From Tubiluchus corallicola (Eukaryota; Animalia; Priapulida): 64,000 nt of DNA. The stretch covers positions 1 through 64,000 of the forward strand of contig JAQGDQ010000300.1 in the NCBI GenBank assembly GCA_030141605.1. Reading direction: 5' to 3'. A model generated the notes under the pieces. The model had not been told where the DNA came from and did no database searches. It saw only the letters and a program-made list of their open reading frames with translations. Below, piece by piece: positions 51,364-63,884 of the stretch; position 1 is the stretch's first letter; each line of letters opens with the position of its first letter. The position numbers and the translations under genes are program-made.

Positions 51364-52479
51364 CTTAGAAAAAGTCTTTCTGGCATCTAATCTTAAATTA
51401 AGAATGGCGTCTGAAATTGAATGCCTGGTTCTTTGGTTTTCCTTCTTTCCTTGCTGTTTATTTGGTTCAAATATTCTTCGTACAGGTGACTTTTTTTCAC
51501 GCACATTTTTTCTCTCTTGACTAATAATACTGCCATTGATCTCAGCAGCAGGGTTCGATAAAACACCTGTGTTGCTGCTGCTGGCTACCTGTTTCTTGAC
51601 ACTGTCGATTCTCTGATTGTTAGCATCAGCGCCTTTACTTGATTTATAATTATTAAAATTTGTACCAGTTACGCTGTTATTTCCTAATTTATTGCTAGAG
51701 CTCTTGTCCATATTATTTGCAGAGTTTTTACCATTGTCATCACTTGACGCTTGGCTATTGTCTTTGACCGTCATATCACCATTTCTCACCACAATCAGTG
51801 TGTCGTTCTTTCCTGCATTGCTGTTACTTTCTGACTTTGTCTCAGCTGATTTTGCAATTCTGTTGTGCGGTACCTCTTCTTCTTCTTCTTTATTTTTCTC
51901 TTCTGTGTTGAGTCTTTCTACTGCAGCTTCCAGGTTGTCTTTAACAACAGTAATATTTGCTGTCTTCTTTTGCATTGACGTTGGCTTGCGTTGGCGTCTT
52001 CTTCTGTTTGGTATAAATTTAGAGTTGCGTAAAGTAACGCGACCTTTTCCGTTGTCTCTATTCACATCACGCATAGTGCTATCCGTAACAGACATCTTAT
52101 CAACATTCACTGAACCTATTTCACTTTGTGGGGTGGCGTTTACTACGGCTTCTTTCTGATGTTCTTTAGTTGAGCTTCCGTAGTATCTTGCATATTGCTT
52201 TCCAAGTTTTAGCTTTTTTTGCTGGATTCTTGGTTTTAGGACATTTTCTCCCCTGTTAGATTTAATTTCTGTTTCTTCTCTAGCATTTGAGTTTCCCAAT
52301 TCCGTCCTGCTCAAGTCATTTTCAGCTTTTCTAGCGGTAAACCGGACTCTTTCTCTGTCGTGATCGAGTCTTTTCGCAGCCTGCCTTTTTATTTCCTTTG
52401 CACTTAAATCATTTGCAATAAGTATGAAAAGATACACCACAATCATGAGTGTCACAAAGCATCTACAGGTGCACGCCAT
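51364..52479 (-). CDS. Astacin metalloprotease, exon 1 (signal peptide and long low-complexity pro-region); 13-exon model 52479..38807, ~1101 aa
   Basis: MACTCRCFVTLMIVVYLFILIANDLSA hydrophobic N-terminus (alternative ATG at 52509); AAG|GTAAC donor, phase 0, compatible with the next exon. Linkage to the astacin exons is inferred from strand, phase and the need for a signal peptide. Confidence 0.75.
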
Positions 52480-54479
52480 TTTATGTGATAAAACAATGTG
52501 TACAGTCATTTACCACCAAAGTGCTCTTAATCACATGGGAAGTGTCACACGCATGCACACGAAATTGTCACCCAAACGTCCGTTCCAGGGTGTTCACCTG
52601 ATCAACGTACTGGTTTAATTTCAAGCATTATTTACAATTTCAAAACGTTCACTTTGAAGGGAGCCTGTCGATTATTAGGCACCATCTTACAAACTGCGAA
52701 CGGTTTTTGTTATTCAATTGCCATATTTTGTTTGTATATGCATAAGGTATTTGAGAAGTTATCCATTCATTTTGCTCAGTGGTCAAAATCACATAATGTG
52801 TGTTGTCAGTTAGGCCAAGGTTTTTTATTTGCAAACAAACAAGATATTTCTTAATTGTTTTACACATTTGAATTACGTGAAACCACCTATAAAAAGTCTT
52901 TGCTATGTTCTTTTGCTCTTGAAAAGAACTGAAGCACTCAAGCAAACGATCAATACAGTAACAAATAAAATAAACAACATTTTAAAAAACACAGAATAAT
53001 TCTTAATGACAAAAATTTCGGAAGCATAATCTGGTTTCACAACTTAGTAAAACTAAGTTAATTCCATCAATAATAATATACATGAGCGTATCGAGTCTTC
53101 ACAACGCTCATCTTCAGTGGTACTTCATACTTCACTCCCGCCCATCTCGATTACGGATTTATGATCCTTTATGTGAATTACAATGCGCAATTATTACTTA
53201 GGCTGTATTTGTCGCTGCAGCGTGTTGCCGACTATGCATAGCGCTTATATCTAAGAAGACTGCACAAGTGCTTTCGGTGTAGTACCTTTTCCGTAACAGT
53301 TGCTTGTTACATGGCGCTCGCATTGAACCGGACTCAGTAACTGCTTGTAGTGTGTTATGAAATACGCACTTTTTTATGAAAGGATACGCATATTCCGAAG
53401 AGAATAAGAATTTATTAACACCCTGGGGTTGTAAAATCTGGCGTCCCTCAAAATAGAATACAGCCTAGTTAGCCTGTGCTAGTGTGGATACTAGCACATG
53501 ATTCATACACTTACTTTTTGTGCGGGTGTTGCAAATTTATATTTATTTGCACCGTGACAGTGTTTAGCTCCCCCCCCCCCCAAAGTAGTTGATCGCAGGC
53601 TTTCAAATGGCGCCAATTCTATCCTCACTGACCTTTTATATGCGGCCGTCTACATGAAAAGATACAGCATTTCTCTTGTCAGATTAATGTAGATTCAAAG
53701 ATATTGTCGTAATTTTGCACTACAGTCGAGGTGTTCTGGGTTCGAATCCTTGTTAACTCACAATTACTCAGCACCTCCTTCATTACTTGATTGGCCACCA
53801 AGTTAATTATTCATTAATGCTTAGGTGTAATGATCCTGGCAAATCACAGTTCAACATCTAAAAATATTATCTTTGAAGAATGTAGGCAGCGTGAGTACCA
53901 AGCCACAAGCAATTGCTGCACCGAGGTCTATATAAAGCAACGTAAAATTGCATGTTCCATAGATGCAAATAAATATTCGCAGCCAGTAAGTTTTACGACA
54001 CGAAATCCTTATATAAAATAATAAATAATGTTTTCATAAAATATATATTTAAAGATATAAATAAATAAATATTTATTTTACATTATGTTTACACAACGTA
54101 AATCTCTCTATTTGCAGGGTAATCTAACAAAAATTAAATCACCACAGTGTAAAAAGTTTACAAACTATATCAAATAAGTATCACATCTGAACTGTGAGGT
54201 ATTTTCCCTTTATGAAATAATCCCTATTATATAATCCGTATGTATAATCCCTTTAATATTTATTTATTGAACCATTGAGGAAAGAAATTACAAAAGGCAA
54301 AGCAAAAAAGACTTAAAAAACATTATACATCTAAACAAAGAAACCACATATAAGTAGTATACTGGTTCAAGAACAAAAAACGCATAAAACAGAGCAACAT
54401 ACATATATATATATATCATAAACTTAATATTGCATATGTATTACAGTTAGTCAGTTATTCAAGCTTGCACGGAGTCATC

Positions 54480-55165
54480 TCAGTCGGGCCTATCTTCAAA
54501 TATTTTGTGGACCAATCTAGCATTAATTTTAATAACTTTACATCTTGTGATGCATTTAAAAACACGAACTGCTCATTGGAAGACACATAATGAAAGTTAG
54601 GACAAAAATCAAAATTAGAATCTTACATGAGCGTACAGTGGACATTCAGTAATTACATGCAATTCATCCTCTACTTTGTTCAAACAACAATTTTTACATA
54701 TTCATGTTCTACGGGTATTTTTTCGGCTTATGATAGTTGGTAATTTATTGGTAATTTATGAGCACTAATACGAAATCTTGTTAAGTTAGTTTTGACATGT
54801 TTTGGAATACCAATCGACAAATAATTTTCCGTCTTATAAGGATTTTTGAAAAGTTATACGTTCTAAGTTTATTGCTATTTTCATTCGATGCTGCCCGGTT
54901 CATTTTTCCTGCAGCCATTGCTGTCTACACCGAGATTCAAGTTTATCACTGATGGTTTTAATAAATTTCTTTTTATTTAATGTACCTTGGTGCTCTCAAA
55001 CACGTCCAAAACCCAAAACAAACAAAACAGTTTTAATAAACGTAGTCCACCACTTTTGCTAAAGTCTTTAGAAAGAACATAAGCATCTTTTGCGAGGCTA
55101 TTGTCAGGTGCCGCCAAGAGATGGAGCCACAAACTTAGGCAATTTTTGACTGCATTAATAAACAA
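54480..55165 (-). mobile_element. Decayed non-LTR retrotransposon ORF2 C-terminal part (RTEX-like)
   Basis: Minus strand with frameshifts: NKLRTY...YKTENYLSIGIPKHVKTNLTRFRISAHKLP...ICKNCCLNKVEDELHVITECPLY. Confidence 0.8.
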
Positions 55166-55980
55166 CCTATATATAATCCCTATTTAAACCTGTTCTAGTC
55201 CTAAAATCCGTAGTAAGGTTAAAAAGAGACACCTTCAGACCAATTTTCAAAATTGAAAATATAATTAAAATTGTGGAACCCCGTACGTCTTTAACGTTTA
55301 ATGTAATAAGTAGTATTTACTTATACACCACAAGCGATTGTTGCAGCGACTTCTATAAAAGACCCAAGGATAGCAAATAGCAAATTGGAAAATAGGAAAT
55401 TCCCATTAAAGGGAAATATTTGTAGCCAGTAAATTTTGCAATATGAAATTTAGTGGCATATAATTAATATAAAAATGCAAAATATGTGTTTGTGCTGGTT
55501 AAAAATGCAACTTTTTAATAGACCGACAGGGGGCGCTTTAGAGGTCTCTCACTAATTCGATTTTCTCGCTCAATAACTAAGAATTTTATTCAACCTTGAC
55601 ATCATAAGTCCACTGCAGCGATTTTACACCTGTAAAGCACCCTGTTTTCCATAAATAGCCATTCGTAGTAGCTGCTACGAATTTTTACACCTTGACAACG
55701 AATTGTTTGCTAAATTTACTAGCGACGTTTTGCAATTGAACATTGATAACGGTGATTAATTTTGTTAGAAGGCTACAATAGTCTTAAACTGTACTGTAAT
55801 AATTACGGACAATGTGTAAACCTCAACCTGTCTGTTCTGCAGGATTGTATAATTTAATGTTGAAAACATGTTTGGTTGGTCACAAATGTAGTTCATGACA
55901 ATAAACTGTAACCATTCGGTTGATATAGAGGCACTCGTGTAGAGCGATGATAAAAATCTGAGGAACTCTTTAGTAGTTAA

Positions 55981-56267
55981 AGGAAGATAGGATGGTTTTT
56001 TTCATATACTACCCCATTTTCAAGTCCTACAAAAAGTATACATTTTACCAACAGTGATACTGTAAAAGCGTTTCTGATAATTAAATAATAGATTAAAATC
56101 TTAATTAACATCACTAGCCATGATGACATCACAAACTAACATAATTTTCAACAGCAAAAATATTCCACGAGCGCGTTGCATGTGTTTGCGAAAGCGAAAA
56201 TGTAAGTACAGTGCTACTATTCAAATTCCAAATTTAGCGCTGAGCTCGCGCATGAGCTGTCGAACGC
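55981..56267 (-). mobile_element. Kolobok-like element, right half in inverted orientation (copy F)
   Basis: TTAA|AGGAAGATAGGATGGTTTTTTCATATACTACCCCATTTTCAAG is the reverse complement of the family's 3' end. Confidence 0.8.
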
Positions 56268-57966
56268 AGTGCAGCTTTACTTAATTGTACAATTACCAAC
56301 ATTGTATCATTTTAAAGTTAAGTTTTACATAGTACATGCTGTTAGATCTTTTTAATTACTTTTAAATTGCGGAATTACTTTTAATTGCGGAATAAAGTCC
56401 ATGGAACACATATACGTCAAAATAAAAAAATATGCCTAGCCTATTTACAGTATATTACATTAGCATAGTTATGTATTTATATACAAAATCATTCTTTGTT
56501 TGATAAAAATTAATTTCATACAAATATCAAAATATAAAGAACATTGTATTAAAATATGGCTAGGTTGATTGAGTTATACTCACGGCATAATGCGGAATTC
56601 GTAAATAAAAAACTGTAAATTGAAGTTTTTGGACTGCGGCTTTATTATATAACAGGTAACTTAATTGGAATTATAAAAGTTTATTTTACTGCTACCACTT
56701 AAACTTAGAAAAACAATTGCTGAAGTTAAACCTTTCATTAATGTAGCAGTCAAACGGTCGCAAATTTTGTATAGAAAGATTAATAATTCTGCAATCAGCC
56801 TATTTCATACTACATCCATTCTAAATCAGTATTCGAGTATAACTAGCCTTATTTGCTCTAGCGCAAAGACGTGTGGAAATGAACATTATAGTGATCCTGA
56901 CAATGCCCATTATTGGACTTTGTATATTATATACCCGACACTATATGTATACTTAGTATACTTATACTACACTATAAGTATATTATATACTTGGACACTA
57001 TATATTGATTTTCTTATTCCCGGCTTTACAAACGAAGAAATGATATCAATGTCACCAACCATTTTAGCTAACTGAATCTAAATATTACATATATCTTGTT
57101 ATTATTACATTTATGATCTTACGCTTTCACAGAACTAATTGTGCATGTAAATTATATGTACGAATAAACATAGTAAATATAACAAAGAAATTTGCAAAAA
57201 CTGTCTATGAACCATAAAGTTAATTTATACTACCGCTGTATGGAAATTTTCAGTCGCTGTGGTAGTAACCGCCATTCACTTGAAAATTATGACGTAACCG
57301 GTGGACTTCGTGACTTCTCGTAATCTCGTAAGTGCATTATAAGCTTTCCGTACGCGCTCGCTGCTTAAACTAATTGATAACTTTCGCACCTTATACAATA
57401 ACATCGCAAAATTAGCATTCTATTTTTTTGTAAAGACTTATTATATTTTAGAGAGAAATAAATAGTGAACTAATTTGCTTCAGTCGATGAACGACGTCAT
57501 TGATGGAAGAACTGATCGGGAAATTTCCCAAGCGGGAAATGATCGCAACTTTAAACTGATTTTACTAATTACACGAGGTGCTTGTCACACTGTTTTTACT
57601 AAATCCCTTTAAAAAATTTCGCAAACTTAGAACAAGACTGACTTCCCTGAAGGCCTGGCCCTTCCTTTAACATGAAAAGATTCCCCGGCTCTACTCTAAC
57701 CGTTGGTCCTTTATAAGTAAATGAAAGTAAAATATGGTGTAAGAATTGGTTAAACATTTCTGGTGTTTCTGATTTACCACATAATAACCGAATTGCGTCA
57801 GTACTGCTACGACTGCAGCATAGCAACCATTAAGAAACAGCAACACAAAGACAAAAACGCCGTGACAGACCAACTAACTAATTAACACCGTGGCTAGAAG
57901 AAAAAATGACCAAAAAAATTACTTAAATGCTGTCGTCTGTCCAGTAACAGCTAAACTGTAGCAAAA

Positions 57967-59145
57967 ATGGAGGAAGAAGAACTAAAAAACATTGATATAG
58001 TTCTAGCTTCACTGGAGAAGCACCAACAACAGAGAAAAATGGATGACGCGAATGCGAAGTTAAATATCATATTAGATCGTACACAAGAACTGCTAGACGA
58101 GGCTGGAGTTCCAGGCTCTATCAGAGCAACACCTTCTCAGTACCTACAAGAGATGGGACGGTGGCCAGAACAAGATATTTTGGGCGTTTACAACAATGAT
58201 GAACGAAAACGACAAGGAGATATTATGAAAATTATGGACAACTATCTTTCACTGTGTTCGGAAAGACGACAGTATATAGAAGACGTTGAACTCTTCCTGA
58301 AAACGGCATCCGTTAGTATGCAGACAAATGAAGCAGCTGCAAAAGACCTGGATAAAGAAATAGACGAAAGAAATATTTGCTATGAGATGTTTATGCGTTA
58401 TTTGGAAATTGCACAAGAAGCCACGGGAAAAGCTCAGGGTATCGCTCAAGCACTCGTGAAGCAGGTGAGCAGTTTTCAACAGGAAAGAGCAGAAGAATCT
58501 GCCTTAGATCTACGCACTACCAAAGCACTAGCACGCGTTGAAGAACAGCCTGGGAGCCCGTCATCATTACCAAGTCTCAGTCCCAGTGAATCTACCGAAA
58601 AGATGACATTTCACGGAGCACGGAAAAACATAAAAGACGTGCTTGACATCTGTAAACTTCGACTAAAACGTCATGTCCAAATCAAGGCAAAAACGCTGCA
58701 TGCCTTACAAAGTTTGGCCTTTCTATGTGAAAATATTGAAAGCATGAAATACGAAATTAATTCTTTAAAACACGTGACAAAAGACTATGAATCCAAAATC
58801 GCACAGCAGGCTGAGACAAACGCAAAAGAAATAGCCAACAACACTCAGCTATTAGCTGACGTCACAAGTCATTCTCATGAACTTCGCATACTAGGAGATG
58901 CCCTAGACAAAAAGGAAAAAGAGAAGCTAGTGTTGGAGAACACCAACAAGGAACTGCGCCAGCAACGTGCTGAACTGATATCGCAGCTCGAAAAGATCCA
59001 CCAGACGACTGCTTTCAGAAAGTCAGGCAAAGAAAAATACGTTCCTTTACAAATACCAAAATCATCAGGAGGGCCGGACTGGGTCAGAGCTATAAGACAA
59101 ATAACTGTGAAAAAGAAAGTCCAAAGCCTAATAGACTCTTACGAG
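57967..59145 (+). CDS. Large coiled-coil protein, FAM186A/B-like, exon 1; model join(57967..59145,59802..62357), ~1244 aa
   Basis: aaaATGG start; 393 codons; GAG|GTGTG donor, phase 0. The N-terminus IDIVLASLEKHQQQRKMDDANAKLNIILDR resembles, from memory, the FAM186 N-terminal block; heptad-rich. Family assignment not verified by search. Confidence 0.8.
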
Positions 59146-59212
59146 GTGTGCAAATTTTAATTTACAAACTCATATCTTATTTTGCAATTTCGAACACGAA
59201 ATTTCATCTCGT

Positions 59213-59249
<37 letters not shown>

Positions 59250-59801
59250 TTCTTTATTTGTCATAAAAAACGGCTCACTCATTACAATAAAATTGAGCTA
59301 GCCTCAGCGCAATGTTAAAACAACCACACTGTTCAAGACAAATGCGTCCAGTGCATACTAAAAAAAACTAAAGTGCAAACTATATACAATAAATGAACAT
59401 ATTTACAAACACCATATTAAAATATTTTTACAAAACAATTATACGAAAGTACATTAAATTTTACATGACATAGTGTACACTATTTATACATTTAACATTA
59501 CGAAACACGAAACTAACATAACACGTATTACATTACATAATTTTTTTTTTAAAAATTTCATTTTTAATCGTTATATGGAGTCAGGGGCGGGGGTAGATGA
59601 AAGTGGAGTCTGTGTAATTAGTATCAGATGCACAATGTGGAAGTTGAAACCTGTTATATTGATATTCTTTTAATTTCTTTTTAAAGTGGTGGAGAGATTC
59701 TATTTGTTTTATTTCACTGGGTAAATATATATATATATTATATACTTTATAAGAAACCTGTACTAGTTAATAATTATCATATTATTCGTGGTTTTGTTTA
59801 G

Positions 59802-62357
59802 GCAGCTGCTGACGAGAAAGATCAAGAAATCAAACAACTGAAGATGCACTTAAAATCTGTTGAACATCACGTCGACTCGTTACGGCGCAAAACCTCTCTT
59901 GAACCAAAGCTATCTGACATCCATCTCCATGAAGACGATAAAATGTCTTTGGAAACAGCACAGGCATTACTTGCTTCAAGTGAACAATTTATTTGCGACC
60001 TACTTGATGGTGGTATAACCGAAGACACTGTGGATAAAATAAAGGATTTATTATTAAAATTGCGTTCTGCATATAAAGTCGTGAAAGAAAATTTTGAATC
60101 TGACAAAGTTAAACGGACAAGTTCCGATCATTTGGACGAAGATGCGAGTCAGAATTTGTTTACAAACTGCGTGCATCTTCTAAGGAGTTTGAACAATTTT
60201 AAGGAAAAGTTCGAAGATGAACTTTGGCAAGGTCCCCACCTTGTGGCTGCAAACATTCTCAAGAATACACCCCCTCTGTACGCTAGCTCAGGCATGGAAG
60301 TCGATGAAATGGAAACTGAAGTTGCAAAAGCAGAAGATTTGTTAACATTGATGAAATTTCAGATTGCTAACGTGCTGGGCGTAGAGCGCAGGCAGTCCAT
60401 AAGGCGCAGCATTATTGCTGGGATAGCAGAACGTCGGGGATCATTGAGAAGATCATTCTCTGCAATCATAGAAAGCAAAGTAGAAAAAAGGATTCCTGGA
60501 AGAGGTTCCCTGAAAGAACCATTTTATGTACCAGACAGATTGGACATCAAGAAAGATGCAATGGCAGCTGCTAAAACAACTTACGAATTCACGTTAAAGG
60601 AAATTGCTGAATCTGCAAATATGAAGCTACTTTTAAAAATTCGCAATGCAAATGATAAGGTTGTGAAGCTTGCTGACTGGGCAATAATGATGGAAGTCAC
60701 GGAGTCAGAAGTTGAATTCGTTACCAAAAAAGACATTAAAACGGAAATAGTGAAGGAAAAAATCGGAGATAATCTTTTCATCATTGAGATGAGTAAAGAA
60801 AAAGTTGTGCTAAGAGGAGAAGATACTGTAATTTCATCTTTTATCACAGGAACAAAGCTGGGCAAGAAAGTTCAGGAAAAACTAATTGCCGTTGACGAAC
60901 AAGAAGAAGAAAAGCAAAAACACTTACTTGAAGATGAAAAGAAACCAGACAGTAAGAGAAAAACTGAAGCAACGGCAGAATATAGAGATACAGCCTCAGA
61001 GACTGAATTGCAAGAACTCCCTCTGAAAGAAGAGAAGAAACCAGATGCTAAGAAAAAACCTGAACCAAACGCAGAAGATAAAGATGTCGCTTCAGAGGAA
61101 GAAAAGGAAGAACACCTAAAAGATGAGAAGAAACCAGATACTAAGATAAAAACAGAATCAAGAAGAGAACATGAAGATGCTGTTTCAGAGCAAAAAGGGC
61201 AAGAATACCTACCTAAAGATGAGCAGAAACTAAATACTAAGACAAAAGTTAAATCAAGAAGAGAACATAAAGATGCTGTATCGGAGCAAGAAAAGCAAGA
61301 ATACTTACTTAAAGAGAAAAAACTAGATACAAAGAAGAAGTGTGACGCAAAGGCAGAATACAAAGATACTGCTACTTCCCCCATAGAGCTTCTTGAGCGA
61401 GTTGTGCTAAAACCTGGCTACAAATTTGAACCAAAGAAAGGAGAAAAATTACCACCACATTTAGTAGCTGTATCTGAAAAACTAGTACCAACGGAAGAAG
61501 AACCAAAAATACCTACAGGCACAATAATTAAAGAAGACAAAGAAGTGCAAACAGAAACGTTTGAACCAGAGCCAATGAAAAAAGAATACCTGTTGGCAAG
61601 AATGGGACAGGTTCGTTGGAATTTGCAAGAACAGCTACGGGTATTAGAAACAATCGAGCAGGTTTTTGAAGATGATGCCGTTTACTCAAGAGTGCATAAC
61701 ATGACAGCAAGACTAACAAATCTAATACGCAGTTTACCAGAATGGAAATTAAAACAACTTTTCACCAGGTACATCATCCAACGGGACATCCAGGACTTGA
61801 AAGCCGCGTTTGAGCGCCGTGCAACTGCTGGTGAGTTCAGAAGCTTGGACGAAGTGTTGCCGTTCATTGAGCATATAGAGCAACATATTTTACAAGTTGA
61901 CGAACTCAAGCAAGAACATGTTCGTTGTTTAGAAGAAGATCGACGCTCCCTCGTCAGCCACATGGCAACTATTGTGGAAGACAGCTACAGTGATGCACTA
62001 CAGGCCAAGCAAATTTTACAATTAAAACCGCAACTAGAAACAGTTAAAAGAAGACCTCCTAAGATACCATTGGCCTACCTTCTGCGATCTCCTGCTGCTT
62101 CTCAAATGATTGAGGCTGTGCAAGGCGCTAGGATTGGCGTGCGCCGTCACACAGCAAAAGCTCCACTAGCGCCACCACAGTCGCCGGCAGTATTACCGAA
62201 GATAACAACGCCATTCATGGTGACGCTTGATGTTCACGCCGCTGAAAGAAGAGCGAGAAAAGTTCTGGAGGAAAAAAGAATGCCAGTGCATTTACCAAAA
62301 GTTGAAATTTTTGATAGCAATACAATAAAACAACCTGCAGCCGATGATAAAACATGA
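59802..62357 (+). CDS. Large coiled-coil protein, FAM186A/B-like, exon 2
   Basis: TTTAG acceptor at 59801, in frame (AAADEKDQEIKQLKMH...). Contains five ~32-aa repeats and a C-terminal block RYIIQRDIQDLK...FIEHIEQH...LEEDRRSLVSHM similar to the FAM186 C-terminal domain. Confidence 0.85.
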   Translation, partial: AAADEKDQEIKQLKMHLKSVEHHVDSLRRKTSLEPKLSDIHLHEDDKMSLETAQALLASSEQFICDLLDGGITEDTVDKIKDLLLKLRSAYKVVKENFESDKVKRTSSDHLDEDASQNLFTNCVHLLRSLNNFKEKFEDELWQGPHLVAANILKNTPPLYASSGMEVDEMETEVAKAEDLLTLMKFQIANVLGVERRQSIRRSIIAGIAERRGSLRRSFSAIIESKVEKRIPGRGSLKEPFYVPDRLDIKKDAMAAAKTTYEFTLKEIAESANMKLLLKIRNANDKVVKLADWAIMMEVTESEVEFVTKKDIKTEIVKEKIGDNLFIIEMSKEKVVLRGEDTVISSFITGTKLGKKVQEKLIAVDEQEEEKQKHLLEDEKKPDSKRKTEATAEYRDTASETELQELPLKEEKKPDAKKKPEPNAEDKDVASEEEKEEHLKDEKKPDTKIKTESRREHEDAVSEQKGQEYLPKDEQKLNTKTKVKSRREHKDAVSEQEKQEYLLKEKKLDTKKKCDAKAEYKDTATSPIELLERVVLKPGYKFEPKKGEKLPPHLVAVSEKLVPTEEEPKIPTGTIIKEDKEVQTETFEPEPMKKEYLLARMGQVRWNLQEQLRVLETIEQVFEDDAVYSRVHNMTARLTNLIRSLPEWKLKQLFTRYIIQRDIQDLKAAFERRATAGEFRSLDEVLPFIEHIEQHILQVDELKQEHVRCLEEDRRSLVSHMATIVEDSYSDALQAKQILQLKPQLETVKRRPPKIPLAYLLRSPAASQMIEAVQGARIGVRRHTAKAPLAPPQSPAVLPKITTPFMVTLDVHAAERRARKVLEEKRMPVHLPKVEIFDSNTIKQPAADDKT
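60930..61373 (+). repeat. Coding tandem repeat, ~5 x 93-96 bp
   Basis: Consensus KDEKKPDxKxKxExxxExKDxxSExExxExL. Confidence 0.85.
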
Positions 62358-62973
62358 AATTTATGATACATGAATCCGATATAGGTGCATTTGCTAAATC
62401 AAATAAAACGTAGCAAAATGATTAATTAAGTTAGACTTATAGGATAATTATGACCTGACTAAATACTAGAAGTTTAAACTGAAGATAATCAGTGTTCTAT
62501 CAATAGTATAAAGTACTAATCAGTACTTTTAGTTCACCAACATTTTGGCGAACACCATACTAACACTAAATTCCCTGCTGTCTAATATACAAGCTAATTT
62601 GCTATAAACGTGAGTAAATTTAGCAGACAATAAACAAACTATTATTTCTAACAAAAATCTGACATAAATCTTACAACTTATGACACTCATCAGAGGATCA
62701 TGAAAGTCAAAGCGCTGACCCTTGACTGTGGAGTCACGATCACATTTTGTAGATTGAAAAATATTGATTTTTGCTGGCAGGTACGTTAGTAGGAACTGGG
62801 ATTTTTTTCTGAAAAATGTGAAAACCGTCAATCTGCAATGCCAGTCTAAGTTACAACCTAGATAATAAGCCTGTCTGAAGTTTCAGTATACAGCAGCCTA
62901 CCTTTCAGCTGGCTATAAATACCTGTTTTCCAAGGTAGCAGGCTAGCAAAAAGTGTTAGTAAAAACTTCCGTG

Positions 62974-63099
62974 ATGGCCGCTTTTGTGAGAGAATTAATA
63001 ATAGCACTAGTATTGCTATCGCTGATAGGCATGATCACCATGGATCCTACACTGAATTCTGGACTCCGAGATGCCAATGGTAATCTCAAGCCTGGGATA
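62974..63099 (+). CDS. Putative secreted precursor protein, exon 1 (signal peptide)
   Basis: gtgATGG start; MAAFVRELIIALVLLSLIGMITMDPTLNSGLRDANGNLKPGI; GTAAGT donor at 63100, phase 0. Confidence 0.6.
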
Positions 63100-63208
63100 G
63101 TAAGTGAAAATTGTCTGCTAATTAACTGCAAGTGAAATAATTAGAGTTGTAGTATTTTTAAAAGAAAACTTTATTAGAATAATATGAAAAACTTTAAAAA
63201 TTGGACAG

Positions 63209-63229
63209 ATGTTCCCAACTACATCCTCA
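63209..63229 (+). CDS. Possible 21-nt microexon of the secreted precursor
   Basis: CAG|ATGTTCCCAACTACATCCTCA|GTGAGT, phase 0-0 (MFPTTSS); weak pyrimidine tract. Confidence 0.35.
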
Positions 63230-63667
63230 GTGAGTAGGCAATGAGTATCAACCAGATATAACTATCATATTTAATCTGGCTGATGTTCATTTCTCACTCT
63301 GTGAAGATGACTGCTACCACGTAGTTGAAACGTATACTTGTAATGTAGACTTGTTATGATTAATGATGTTTTCTTATAAAAACTACTGCAGTTTTCCTGT
63401 ATAAGTTGTTAAATATATAACTAATAGTATGCTGATACTTCGAGGCTATTTCAATGAATTGTCAGTAAGTTTGTTTGTCATTAAAGTCTTTTCATAAACT
63501 GCTTGTTTAGCAAGCTATAGCGCTGATTAGGCGAAATTAAACTAAACAATTTAATTAATTAAAATTACACATAATCGCTACCTATCAATATTCCTAGCTA
63601 GTAAATTTTAAAATGTGCAACGTTGAATTCTAGCAACTGGAAGTAATCACAAAAATCAACTTTGCAG

Positions 63668-63763
63668 GACAAGCGAAGAGGAAGAAGTGCTGTGGAGTTT
63701 GCAATCGTAGAACAACTTTTTAACGAAATACGACGCATTGCTGCACAGATACTAGATACAAAC
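63668..63763 (+). CDS. Putative secreted precursor, internal exon with basic cleavage site
   Basis: CTTTGCAG acceptor; DKRRGRSAVEFAIVEQLFNEIRRIAAQILDTN; GTACG donor, phase 0. Confidence 0.55.
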
Positions 63764-63884
63764 GTACGCATATCTATTTCGCTAAAAATTCTTTACATAA
63801 TCATACATGTTGAATATGAATTATAGATGTCTGGTGTTAAAAGCAGAGGGTTAAAAATGTTATGATTGTGACATAAAGTTGCAG

